A stretch of DNA of 64,000 nucleotides. Source: Convolutriloba macropyga (taxonomy: Eukaryota). The translations under genes were made by a program, and so were the position numbers. The DNA is taken from NCBI RefSeq assembly GCF_964194025.1, contig NC_134473.1, positions 53,568,001 to 53,632,000 on the forward strand. Direction: 5' to 3'. Positions within the stretch are counted from its first letter, which is position 1; each line of letters begins with the position of its first letter. This document shows, piece after piece, positions 37,286-50,300 of this stretch. The notes beneath the pieces are model-generated. The model searched no databases. It saw only the letters and a list, made by a program, of their open reading frames with translations, and was not told where the DNA came from.

Positions 37286-37299
37286 CAAAAACTATTTAA

Positions 37300-39550
37300 A
37301 TTGCGCACTAGGAATATTCAGCTAAAGTTAGAGAGTTAAATGAAATTAATTTTAAAGAATAAATTTATAAGAAGATGGAAATAGCATGTACAATGCTTTC
37401 ATAAACGTTTTCAGTACTACTCAAGAGTTCCACGCCCCACTTATAAAAAGCTTTCAACCAGAAAGAAAAATTGCTGAAAAAACCTTGGCTGACAAAAGAG
37501 TTGAGAGAAGAAATCGCCAAAAAACATAGAAATTTTTTAATATCTGGAAAAATAACCCATCGGAGCAAGCGCATACCATTTTCAAATATCAGAGAAATTT
37601 AGTTAATAGGCGTTTAAAAACAGCCCAAAACGAGTTTTGCAAACAATTTTTCAAAGAACTACCAACAAGTAAAGAACAATTTCATCAAAAAAAGAATTGG
37701 CAAAGCAAGGGAGTGTCTCGTTATAGACAAACTAGTCGACGGTGAAACAGAAGTAGAAAATGAACTTGATATTGCAAATTTTCTCAATAGAAGTTTTCAA
37801 AAACTAGGCTTATACAATGGACAATATGTGAACGCTCCAAATATTTCTCGCATAGAAGTTAGGGAAAAGTTTTGCTTCAGAACAGTTACACTAAAAGAAC
37901 TATATGATGCCATCGATTCACTCGACAACAATAAGTCTCCGGGTCCTGGAGTTTTTAATGCTTGGGCAATCAAGGCAGCAAAGCTTTCCAATCGGAACCC
38001 ATTTGCAATTTGTTTTTAACACATGCATTAGTCAAAATATTTTCCCGGAAAATTTAAAAATTGCTTTCATTAGTCCGGTCTACAAAAAAGTGGACGTAAA
38101 AATTTGCGAGAACTATAGGCCTATCTCAATTACTCCAATGTTTGCAAAAATCTTTGAGTGTACACTTTTCAATCAGGTTAACGAATTTATACAAAAATAA
38201 AAAATTTTGAACGGTACACAGTTTGGATTTCAAAAACATAAGTCTTCTACAGATGCTGTTTTACACTTAATCGAAGCATTACAAGAAAATTATGATAACT
38301 TAAAAATTTCAGTTGCTGTTTTTATTGATCTAGCTAAAGCATTTACTTCAATATCGCACGAAATTTTTCTCAAAAAAATTGAAGCTTACGGTTTTTCAGA
38401 GAGTGCAGTTGAATTATATGCTTAATTTCTTAAAAACAGACAGCAGTGTGTTAAGATAAATGGTGCTTCCTCAGAATGGTTGGAAGCAAATCATGGTGTT
38501 CCACAGGGAACGGTTTTAGGGCCACTAGTTTTTCTTCTCTGTATTAATGTTTTTTCAGAAAAAGTACAAGGAAACTTCGACATAATTCAATTTGCTGATG
38601 ACACGAGTTTCCATTTCAGCAGAAGCAATGTCAGCGAACTGGAAAAATATGTTTTTGAAATACTGGAGAAAACAGATAATTATCAAATGCAATACAAATT
38701 AACCATGAATACCGGTAAAACTGAACTTCTTTGCGTCTCGAAGGAACATGAAAATATTGATCCAATAGTTTTTCGGGGACAAGAAATTAAACCACAAAAT
38801 TACTGCAGATACTTGGGTATAATAATCGATTCTAAACTAAATTTTCATGTACAACTCAACAAAGTCCTATCAAATATGGCCACAGCGATGAGATCCATAT
38901 ACCTTTTACGTTATCAGTCTGGAAGCACGATTGATGCTATTCAAATCCCTAGCCCTTTCTCATTTAACATTCAGAGCTCTTTTTTTTCAGAACTTGAATT
39001 TCTCTGCAATTCAGCGAATTAATCGACAAATCAATTGGGGTATTAAAGTTTTCTATATGAGAAAAAATTGATAGATCTACAGATCTCTTAGTAAAATCTG
39101 ACATTTTGCCTGCAGAAATTTTAATAAGCCAGATGAGTGTTTCAAAACTTAGGAATGATATTTCAATATTGAAAACACACGGCACTGAGAGTTTTTGTCT
39201 AAGTGGTAATGTCTTAGTAAGAAAAAACAACAGAACTGAACAGCTAATTCTCTTAAGGTCGAGCAGTCGATCAATACAAAAAAGAAGCATCCAAAAGTGG
39301 ACTAAAATTCCGCGTGATGTCCGGACTATCAGATCAAAATCAATGTTTAAACGCATGTTAAAACATCATCTGCTCCAACAATTCAAACTTGTACCGTTAG
39401 AAAGGAACGTTGGTGGCTTCGAAAGTTATTTTTAACTTTAGAAAACGGAACCACTAATTTTTTTTTAACATTGTACTGATTTTGTTTATATAATTTTAAA
39501 CTTGTAATATTTAAACCTGGGTTATATTTTCAATTTACTTGTTTGAAAAA
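37300..39550 (+). mobile_element. 5'-truncated decayed LINE (RT domain; CR1/L2/Crack group)
   Basis: KSPGPG, PVYKK..CENYRPISI, QFGFQKHKSS, FIDLAKAF, GVPQGTVLGPLVF, QFADDT, RYLGIIIDSKLNF. Confidence 0.92.
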
Positions 39551-39789
39551 AAGAAAGAGTTGTTACAGACGAAAATGAAGAAGTTTTATTGCTTGAGCTG
39601 AATTCATGAGCTGAGGTTTTAATTATGCTCGTTTGTTGCGGTCATATCAATGGTTAATTTATCTTGGGTAATTTTGCCAATTTTCTCTAATCGGTTTCGG
39701 ATTTTCTCATGGTTATTCTCACCCGCATTGGTCCCTGTTAGTTACATTAAGAGATTACAGGTTTAAATGCTTGACGAATCACGTTAAGA

Positions 39790-40804
39790 ACAAACATTCC
39801 TTGACGTATCCCGTCAAGGTCAAAATCCGAGATGATTCCCACCAGTGACAATTGGGGTCCCACACGGATCACTGCTCGGGCCGATCTTATTTTGCATATA
39901 CATCAACAACCTGTCAGATGCCCTCAGATTTGGCGTACCCTTGCTCGCGGATGACCTAAAAATACTCCACATTTGAACACCAGCAGACCAAGTACAGAGT
40001 AACCTCGACGCACTGGAAGACTGAGTCACCCAAAACAAAATGGGTCTAGCTATTGAAAAATGCGCCAAAATTTTGTTCAAAGGTCCAGAAAGCCACTTCT
40101 ACATGTGTGGAAGTCTCCTCCAAACCTCAGCTGGTGTAAAGAACTTAGGGATTCGGTTTATCCACTTAGAAGAAAGAATGAAGAAAGCTAACCGAGTCTT
40201 CTATTCCCTAAGAAATGTAGCCTTTAAAGTTGATATGTGCATCAAACTGAGACTTTACAAATCGATGATTCTACCAGTTCTAATGTACGGATCCTCGTGC
40301 TGTAACTTAAACCGAGGAGATATGCGAAACTTGGAACGGTTTCAACGAAAGTTTGTGTCCTGGATAACAAATAGCAAGACATTGAGTTACATCGAACAAC
40401 TACGTTTGTCAAATCTACTACCCTTGCCAATGTACTATCAGGTCAATGGTCTTCTACTACTATCAAGTCTTCAACAAATTCAACCGACAAATACATAACA
40501 GCTGGTGCTGCCTGGAAACAGATCAATGAGAAGAGACGATTACTTTGATTTAACGAAAAAACGACTCGAAAAATCCACCCAAAGTATAACCAACAGACTT
40601 CATTACAGCTTTGACTTCGGAAATCAACACGGCCTAAAACACAGAATTCTAAAGCAGATGTGGAATGATATTATGATTCGGTACAAACGAGAAAAAGTCT
40701 ACACGTGGCAGATCTGTTGTGACTGTCAACACTGCAGAGACACATTGAATAATTTTTTATAACTGTTTTGATCGGAAGAAATCCCTTCTGTGAAGAAAAT
40801 CCTC

Positions 40805-40839
<35 letters not shown>
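39790..40839 (+). mobile_element. 5'-truncated LINE related to the 31.4-36.2 kb family, with (AAC)n tail
   Basis: GVPHGSLLGPILF, LADDLKI, YKSMILPVLMYGS, LLPLPMY, WQICCDCQHCR; (AAC)n at 40805-40839. Confidence 0.92.
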
Positions 40840-40840
<1 letters not shown>

Positions 40841-40876
40841 TTCTGATGCTTTTCCTTTTGTTCTGTTAAAATCTGG

Positions 40877-41512
40877 TTAACTATTGGTTATTGACTCCTG
40901 ATCTGTTTCCTCCGTAATATTCTTCGCCTGCAAAATAACCTTGAGCCCTCTCGACCACCCTTGTCCGGATGACACAGCAAAGAAAATGTTTTGAGTTGTT
41001 TCAGAATTGCATTGATTTTCGCCACCCTGAAGTAGGAACAGAAGCGCATATGCATTCTGAGGACAATTGAAAGGGCACTGTGCATTTATTAAATCAAGCC
41101 ATTTCTGGATGACCTTTCTTGACGTTTGTACCGTTTTTACCCTACTTTTAAGTTTTCTGATATCTTCCTCGGCATTCTCCAGCTCCCGAGCTAACACTCC
41201 CGCTCATCTACCAGAGCGACACATTCCCTTGTTTTGCTTTCTGCTTGGTTTTAGCCTCTTCCAAGTCCCTGTTCAACATATCAAACTGCCCCCGCAGGTT
41301 TCCCGCTTATTCTCAAGTAAACTTTTTGTCTCTAGAAGTTGCTCATGTAACCTTTGATTTTCTAACTTTAACTGCCGAATGTACTCTTTGAGCCGAACAC
41401 CAGCAACTCCCAGCGTTTCACTGTTGTTTATCTTTTCTGCTGCACTTCAATTTTCCCATGCAGCTAACTCAGCTGCATCACAGTGATTGGAGCTCTGTCC
41501 ACGATATTGGGT
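40877..41512 (-). pseudogene. Frameshifted gene remnant: long coiled coil followed by a C-terminal J-domain
   Basis: Heptad-like segments (LKEYIRQLKLENQRLHEQLL; LARELENAEEDIRKLK) are followed by NAYALLFL / AKINAILKQLKTFSLLCHPDKGGREG / LKVILQAKNI across two frameshifts. A tttcag acceptor lies at ~41513. Confidence 0.65.
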
Positions 41513-44176
41513 CTGAAAATGAATCAATGGTTCTACATATCTTTTATTGTATTAACCGAAAATCCGATAAACCTGGTACCTGACTATTGACTTCACTCCG
41601 TAGAGTTTGACTAGATAATAGTAGTAGTCGCCCACTGGTTTTGATTTTGTAATTCCTACGTATTACAAAATACAATTAATCCAGTTTATCAATTTCAATT
41701 TAGTCTATTTGGGAATAGAATTAGCAGTTTGTGCTAAATGCTAAACTAGAATGCTTGTGTCAACCTGACACAGTTCAACTGAGGTCCTTCTTCTTGTCAA
41801 TTTTTTTCCCCAGTCAGTAGTCTGGGATGATGGAAATGCCCTAATTCCCCTCTTGAATTAATGGGTTGCAGAGCAAAAACAGGACCGGTAACACTGCGTC
41901 CCATTATTATTGACAAAAAACACACACGCATGACACATGTAATGATTTTTATGCCACTAAAAATAGTCATCAAACTTATGGTGTCTTCCCTGGCCACATG
42001 CTAGATTTGTTTCGTTTTACCAAAGAAAAAATTAAAAATTAAGAGTTAGTGGCACTGGTGCCCGTATCCGAAGTCCATGTTGAATTACTCTAAGATTTAA
42101 TGTTCATATAAGCTCTCTTGTCCCAGGAAAATTTTTCTTCCTGTTATTGCTTTTCTCGAGTGTCTTAACTTTTGGGTGAGAACAGCCCTTTCCGTGGTGC
42201 ACTACTTGATCAACTGATGTTAACTCTGTGATTGGGCATCTCATCGGGCTTATCAATCAGTTTCAGTCGTCGGCCATATGTAATCGATGACCCGTTCTAC
42301 AACTCAATTGTGTTCGGGTACAAGGGTTTGCAATTCGTTAATGTAAAATTTCTGTTAAACAACTGGTCCATGTATCAAAACTGTGGTCAGAAGACGCCCA
42401 AACTGGTACTTCCTCGGCACTAAACGCATTTTCTATGTCACAGACGACAACTCTAGCGTATTTACTGACTTAGAGTACTCCTCCCGCTCTTTCCGGGTAG
42501 ATTTCCAGAGCGTTTCGTTGATTTAAGAAAACTTGGTATAATTCCCATTTATTGGTGTAGTTAGAATCATAGGCCGAATATTAATTTTTAAATAAATGTG
42601 CAACTAACAATTTGCCTTGAAGAGAAAAAAATTTTATGCATGTTCTTGAAGTAGAGTTTATTAATTTCCTGAAATTTTGAAAACAAAACATTTTAGGAGA
42701 AATATGTAACACTTCCAGGAAAATAAATTTAAAGCAATCTAATTGAGTTCTCCTAAGCCTTCTTGCAAGAAATTTCAAATTTCTTTAATTAAAAAATAGA
42801 TCCTCAGATTTGTAAAATTTGCTAATTTCATTAACTTAGTTAATTTTTATTTAAATTTGTTTACAGTATACTGCAGAACAATTGTAGTGATTAGTCAGCG
42901 TGATCTTGTGCAAGAAGTTCCATCAAAACAAACAGGGATTGGATTTTGATCAGTCAGGGAATATAAAGTACTATGCGCTATTATCATCATCTTCAATCTT
43001 GCAAATATGCGGGTAATTTTTTTGAATTTTAAATTTCACGATTTTAAATAGGGTTTGATTAAGAGTGCTTGATAAACAGATCGATGAAAAAGTTTATAAA
43101 AATAAAGTTAACAGCTAGGACGCCACATAACCGGTTAGTTTGTTTACTTAAGACAACCGGAAAAGGAACCAGTCTTCCATTAATTTTTTTTTACTTTTCC
43201 TTAGCTAGCTGGTGCAGATTGAAGCCTGATTAGGCGATGATTTGCTCCGGAAGTGTTCTTGGCTGTTGGCAATCTTGGCTGAATTTTCCAAGCCGCCTAG
43301 ACTTGACTATATCTTATTTGGCATCCATTATAATCAAAACTTCTTTCTTCTCCGGAACCTCATGCTCCTCTTTCTAATTTTTTTGTGTCTTCTGGTAGCC
43401 CTCGGAAATGAACAAACTAATTGCGGTTATAATTTTGTTGGCTTCAATGAAAGTTTCGTTCTTATACTTTCCTTGCATTTTTGCAGCAGTTCTGTCCACA
43501 ACCATTACATGAGCTGATATTTGTTCAACATTAATGCAAGTGGTCTTTACAGCAGTTCACTTCTTATAATCTACAAATTCATGTAGTTTTTACTACATTT
43601 TCTGCAGGTGCTAGTGATTAGTCACTGGGTTATTTATCATTTATAGACAAGGCACAATCTTTCTGCATTTCAGAGTGCACTTCAGTCTTCCATGAACACT
43701 TTTTCACTTATCTTTAGCAATCTGGTGCAGAATGAAGCCTGATTTGGCGATGATTTGCTTGAAGACTTTTTTTATGGCCTCCACCCACTTTTCCTTTGAG
43801 TGAAGAAATGATTTGGCTGCAACAATTATAAGTGATAGGAAGCAAAAAAAATAGGAAGAAAGAAATAAAACAGGAAAGTAATCGGAAGACCTTAAAGTAA
43901 AGATGAGAAGAAATACATTAAGTTTCAGACCCACAACAAAAAAATTGTGAATAAGTAACAAAATCAGAATTATAAAGAAATTGGATATCAAATAATATCA
44001 AACGCAGAAATTAGAGGTCTTCTGAACGTGTTTGTTTTATAGTGGTTCCAGTCTGATAACATCAAGATAGTTGTAGACACAACAAAATCTCAATAAACGG
44101 CCGATAATTAGCCAAATTATATTGCAGTTAACCACGTATTTAAGCAGACTCTTTTCCGATTAAAAGTTGCCCATGC

Positions 44177-44961
44177 CTAGGCCTCGACTCATGAAAAGAC
44201 TTTACATGTCTAGTAGGGGGCCAATATTGACTATAATTACACGGTAGAGCTTCCTAGTTAAAGTCGAGCTATTGTCTTTTCATGAGTCGAGCTAAAGATT
44301 TTTCATAACTAAGAAAGTTCAGCTAAGGTCTTTTTATGGGTCCACCATTAGTCTTTTCATAAGCATAAGTCTGCTTTTTTCAGAATTCAAATTTTTTTCT
44401 GCTTCTGTAGATACAGAAGCAGAACCACAGCAAGACTAAATAGCTTTGGACCAGAGCAGTCCAACTTAAAAAACAGTTGGAAAACTGCCAAAAGCTTGAA
44501 GAATTTTGTCAAATCTTAAAACAAAGAGTTATGTCAGTTTGAGTTTAATACGACATTACTTGATTCAATGAAACCAGCTAGCTGAAGTGTATTGGTCCTA
44601 GTCCTATTAGCCATGACAAAAATTCGGCGTTATTCAGTTTGTTTTCTCTTCCAAAATTGTGAGCTATCTCTTTAAAAACTAATGCAGGTTTATGAGGGAT
44701 TTGTGGTTCTTCTGAATCGTAAAAGATACAGGAGCATACATGCTGACTACACCAATGATGGTCTCATGAAAAGACTTTAAATGGACATTGCTGGCAAACA
44801 TATTGCTGAGATTAAGTCCAGCCCAAATTTTGGGTCAAAACGTCTTTTGAAAAATTTTTGGTCCTACTAAAGTCGAGAATGTCTTAAAGTCCAGCTAAAA
44901 TCTTTTCATATCTCAATTGAGTTGAGTATGGTCTTTTCATAAGTCTGTACTTAGACCTGGG
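44177..44961. mobile_element. Probable MITE with imperfect TIRs and repeated subterminal motif (catgaaaagac / gtcttttcat)
   Basis: Left end ctaggcctcgactcatgaaaagac; right end gtcttttcataagtctgtacttagacctgg. The motif recurs at ~44275, ~44351, ~44765 and ~44901. Confidence 0.5.
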
Positions 44962-44969
44962 TGCCGCAC

Positions 44970-46870
44970 TAGAGTTAGCAACGTCATTAAGTTTGCCCAA
45001 GTATGCTCCTTTCTTCAAACGTTCCGGAACCGATAATTTGTTGGGACATATCAGAGATTAAAAAAAGCTAAAAATTCGAGATCGAAAAGTTGAACGGCAA
45101 ACAGTTGAGAGTTTTAGTCGATGATCTACAATGCAGCGCATGTTCAAGGAGTTAACTTCCTCTGCTAACCTAAGTTTGATTGATTACAACCAAATGATTA
45201 ATTTAGATCAACGTCTAAGGGTTGTTTTACTACGCTGAATTTTAAATTAATCTGCTCTGACTTCGAGCTCCGGAGTCCAGTTCTAAGTAAATTAGTCACA
45301 CAGGCTGATTGCCGATGTGAAATATTTTGAAGGTTTCCACCTGCAGAAGGATTTTATGGGAATATCCACTGTAATCTCGTCAGTTGAAATGCACTGAAGC
45401 GAACTAATTTTTTTTGTCGTGACCCGAATTGAATTGCTTTTGCTTCACTATATTTCAGCATATTATTCATAGAGAAGATTTTTGGAGAAAATCGAAACAA
45501 ATCTGGCTGTCTTCAGCAGTTATTATTGAGCTTTGTAGTGTTTTAAAGATTTTTCACGTAGATTACTTCCAGTCATGCAAGCGGCACGTAATGACTTTCT
45601 AAATGTATTTAACGGGAGCTCTGGTTTTCAAACTACAAACCAAATGAGGACTCTTCCACGTCCTTAAGCTTGAATAAGTAATCTTGTTGATTTTTTGTGA
45701 TATACTTTGTTGTCGTTCACATCTTTTACATCTTCCACGTTTTTCTATCGCATATTTCACATCATTCACGTTCTTGGACATCCACGTCGGTCTGCGTCAC
45801 TTTCAACTATAATTGATGACTAATTGTTTTGTATAATTTACAAAAATTAATAAGCCTCGTTAAAAAGGAAAAAATAGTCGCGGTTTACTTTGATTCATTT
45901 GAAAACGGTCACCCACTGTCTCTATTCAGCATTCCGGTTCAACAATGACTCCGTCCTCCCCCTTTCAGAAATTAATGGACATGATCTAGTGAAGCCTTTC
46001 AGTGTTCTGATATGAAAAATATCGCTCACAGACTAATGTAAAAATTGGACTTTTTTCTGCCCCATGCAAACAACCAGTGATTGTCACTGCTTCCAGTGAA
46101 CGCTTTTTGCAGTGGAAATGTGACAATTATTGTGTCAGGAAGCAATCCGCGTTGGATACTGTTATCAGACCAATTCGCGATGAAGATGTCGCTTATTGCG
46201 TAATTTTACAATCTTCAAAAATTAAATTTTCAGCCTGTTCTTTTAGAGTGCCGTAGAATTGCTCCACTGTCTCTCCGCGTTTTTGTTTTGTAGAGAAGAG
46301 GATGTAGCTATCAAATTTGACATTCCTTGGTCTTATAAAAAGCATATCCCGGAATTATTTAGCAGTCAAGTCCTAGATGACTTTGTGTGGGAGTTTTTGC
46401 GTCAAATTCAGTCGAACTTCTGCACTTCAAACATAGAAGTGAAACACGTTATTGGTCACAAGGTGCCCATTGTCGATCTCCTCAAAGAATTTCAGTTTCT
46501 ATGGTCTTTGACATTTGATTTCCCACTGCAGATATTTTGGCTGCCTTGAAATTGTCTTTCTCATTCTTCAAAATCCTCTGGACTTATATTGATTCCTAAT
46601 AACTTGACTTAGCTTCAAATTCGACTTCCTTTGAATTATCTGCAAGAACATTGTCTAGAACGATGTTTTTTGTTGCCCAAATTGGGAGTTTGACCTGTAT
46701 TCTCCACTTTTTCCCATCTGAACGGTAGTTTCTTCGTATTTCTTTCCGAGAAAGGCTCGATTTATAGGTCTTTTTCCCGTGAATCTCTACTGTTCGCTGC
46801 TGACTGCCGTATGTTTTTCTAGTTAACTGTATTTATCTCCTTCAACTGTGTCTGAGGTCCAATTACACGT
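44970..46870 (-). mobile_element. Highly decayed LINE (ORF1 and endonuclease remnants)
   Basis: Fragmentary APE-like motifs (DIFI..W.DNSI at ~46150-46190; RK-GG-GV at ~45950) and a long decayed frame upstream. Confidence 0.45.
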
Positions 46871-47399
46871 GAATTTTAAGCATGCGTGATTGGCGACTGA
46901 AAAATTTGAGTAGGATTGTTTTTTTATTCACAAGCATTGTGTTGCAATTTATTGGGCGTTTTCGTTCCGCGAAAACCACCATTAATAGGGTTTACTAAAT
47001 TTCCGTTTTTAGTTTTTTTTAGCATATCCGTTCAGATAAATCTACTTGTTTAATTTATCTTTTACAACTTAAATTAAATATTTGAAGAGACCAATTGAAA
47101 TATAAATTAAGTTCACAAGAATGAAAATTTCGTTTCATAAATGGAGCTGAACAAAAGATTCGATCATCAACATTTCACTTAGTGATGTGAAAAAGAGTTT
47201 AAACAAACAGCTAGAATGCAAACAAATGAAACAAGAAGATTGTAAACTTAACAGGCAAGTGAATAAATGAATTTTAAAGTTATGATCCGGCAGTGATTCA
47301 TGCAACGGAAATGAACTAGGGTTAAGGTATGCCAATTAGAAATTATAAAAGAAAACATCAACTGAATGTTAAATGCACAAAGTAAGTTTTTAAAAAATA

Positions 47400-50300
47400 T
47401 GAGATTTGAACATCATATATTTTTTCTATACAAAATGAGTCAAAATAAAACGTTCCGCAAGTATGTGGGCTCAATTTTGTCGCATTTTTTATTGTCTAGG
47501 CAAACTCCAGGAGACGTTTTATTGTCGTAAAGTAGGGCCAATAGTCTGGGCCAGTTCTTTAAACACGCTTAGTTTCTCGCATTTGTACGCGGTTTTCAGG
47601 GCAAGGACGCTGGGAAAAATTTTCCTCAGAAATCAAAATATATGCTGTCTGCTGAGATACATTGTTGAGAGTTACACTGTCAATCCAAGTTAAGGGCGAC
47701 CAAAATAGATTCAATAAATATAAATTATGCATTAAGAGATCACTATGAACAAAGATTGCGTTTAGTTTCAGATATCGACGCAATCCTAACATTTGTACAA
47801 GCGAGCAGATATGGTTGATTTTGATTTATTCTTATCATCCGATAGTCGCAACGAAAGACAAAACAGAATTTAGCATGATACAAATAGTAGCCTAGCTATT
47901 GATTTGCATCTATTGAAAAGTCAAAACAATACCGCAAAATGTCATGAAAAGAAATAAAACACACAATTAAATTTTAGATTTTTGAAGGAAAACTTTAATA
48001 TCACATCAACGTGGCTAATCAACAATTATTTGCAATTAAAATTAATTTTTTGTTGGCATATTTGTAAGCCTACAATCAAAAACCCTCACATGGGCGAGCA
48101 ATAGTGCACAAAAGATTTTGTTTGAACTCTTAAACTCTGACAATTTGTGTCATGTCATCATAGCTCATAATAAGAGTCGTCTCCAATTGTGGGCTCAAAG
48201 CGTCAGCATTCATGTTTTTCTTCGCTTCAGCACCCCCCACTGAACAAGTTCTCTTTGATTATTGCGTAGGGAGAAATATCTTAGACACAGTATTGAGTTT
48301 TTAAACATTTTACTATTATTAACGGTCTTGCAAATGATGTATATGAACTTGTTGGATCAACGTTGAATTTTTTGAAGATTTGTTGGATCAACGTTGAATT
48401 TTTTGAACTACGTTTTTAGTTAAGAACTGAATTTAGGAATTATCGACATTAAGTTACTTGGAAATTCACATCAGAACTTCGCAAAGTGAAACTTATTGAT
48501 GGATGAATGCTGCTAAAACTTGATTTCTGTCATTACAGTTTTTGTATAAATAATTCCTCAAGAACTGAATGTACCCCATGGAAAAAAATGAAACCCACAA
48601 TAATAAAAAGGACCAAATCGGAGCGTTGATCTGATCAAATTAAAACAATTAATATTTCTTTTTTCTAACAAAAGGGCTTTTATAAACCTATCAATTTCAA
48701 TATTCCCCATACGGACTTTACAAACACAGATTAAAAAAGCTCCAATAGTTACTCGAGGCTGAACTCGAATCATCTCAGGCATCTTTCCAACTCAGGCATC
48801 TGAAATTTGTTTGTTTAGTAGTTATTTCTTTATTTTAAACAATGTTTTTTCTTATTTTCTGCCAGAAATTCTGATTAGGTGTCAAAGCAAGTATAAAAAT
48901 TTTAAACGTGTACAGTTATTTTTCGCAAGAGAATCCCTAACTTAGCGCTGAAAGTGAAGTCTATTAGCGCTGTTTATAAACACTTAACTTCAAAAATTGT
49001 TAGTTATTTTTATAACCACCCAATCAATAACGCAGATAAAGCACTTGAAAACTTCAAAATTGCTAATGTGCAAAACTTCTAGTGCAAAATTTTTGTTTGT
49101 CAGTAGAATTTTAATAATCTTTCACCCAAACGTTATCAAAAGATGCCAACAATGAAATATGGTAAATGAGATCAGATTTTTACGTTAGATTGGAGGTGCT
49201 CGCTGTATCAGAAACCCCATGTATGTTTTACAATTGAAATTTGGGACGCGCAGCCGAACTATTGGTTGCCTAAACTGATCGGCACAAGTGTTTTGAATGA
49301 ATTGGAGTCACAGTAGTTATAAAAAAGCTCAAAAATGATATATTTCCTGTGGCCTACGTTTTACAATTTCAATATCTCTGATATCCCAGATTTACTACGA
49401 AATTTTAAATGTACTTTTCAGGACATATAAAGCATAGGATGAATCCATTTTCTGGTGGAGAATCTTGCATAGTTCGAGTGATTTTTTTGATGTATGAATG
49501 ATGCTAAAGTGTGAGTTCTGATAATCCAGTTTTTGTATGAAGAATTCTTCAAGAACTGAATTTGCCCCATGGAGTAAATGAAGACCAAAGTTATAAAAAG
49601 GACAAACTCGGAGCGTTGATCTGATCAAATTATAACAATTAATGAAATTTGTTTTATTTTAAAATGGGGCTTTCTTAAACCCATCAAATTCCATATTACC
49701 CATACCGATTGTACAAATGCAGATTGAAAGAACTCCAATAGATTAACTCGAGGCTGAACTCGAATCAGTAAAAAAATCCAGAAGTATTCCTTAACTGATT
49801 GTAGACAAAAATTTCGCAGTTTAGGTATCACACTGCAGTTGCTAATTAATTGTGAGCTTGATGCAAAACAAATATAAAATTTTAGATAGATGGCTTTCTT
49901 AAATTTTTTCCCGAACTTATAAGTTAATGTGCCTAAAAATCCTTCCAAAGGTTTGCTTAGTTTTTTTCAATTAGAACCATTTTGTTGAATGTCAAAGCAA
50001 GTTTATAAATATAAAACGTGTACAGTTACTTGTAAAAACGTGTAAAACATACTGAATCAATAACTCAGAGAGAACCTGAAAACTTCAAAGATGCTTATTT
50101 TATATTTTACATGCTGTATCTTAAGAAAAGCTTTATAGCGTTATTCCAAGAGTATTTTATGGAATTATGAATGTTTTGTTTCCGTTTTTCGTGATTTCTT
50201 GTGCGAAAGTTTTTGTAAGTCTGTCATATTTTAAAAATCTTTTACTTAACTGTTATCAAAAGGTGCCAACCATAAAACATGGTAATTGAGATTAAAAATT

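Noticed and set aside
42867-43012. + strand coding exon (ttacag ... gtaatt) of a gene divergent from TAF12
   Set aside because: All three frames contain stops; it could only be non-coding and there is no further support.
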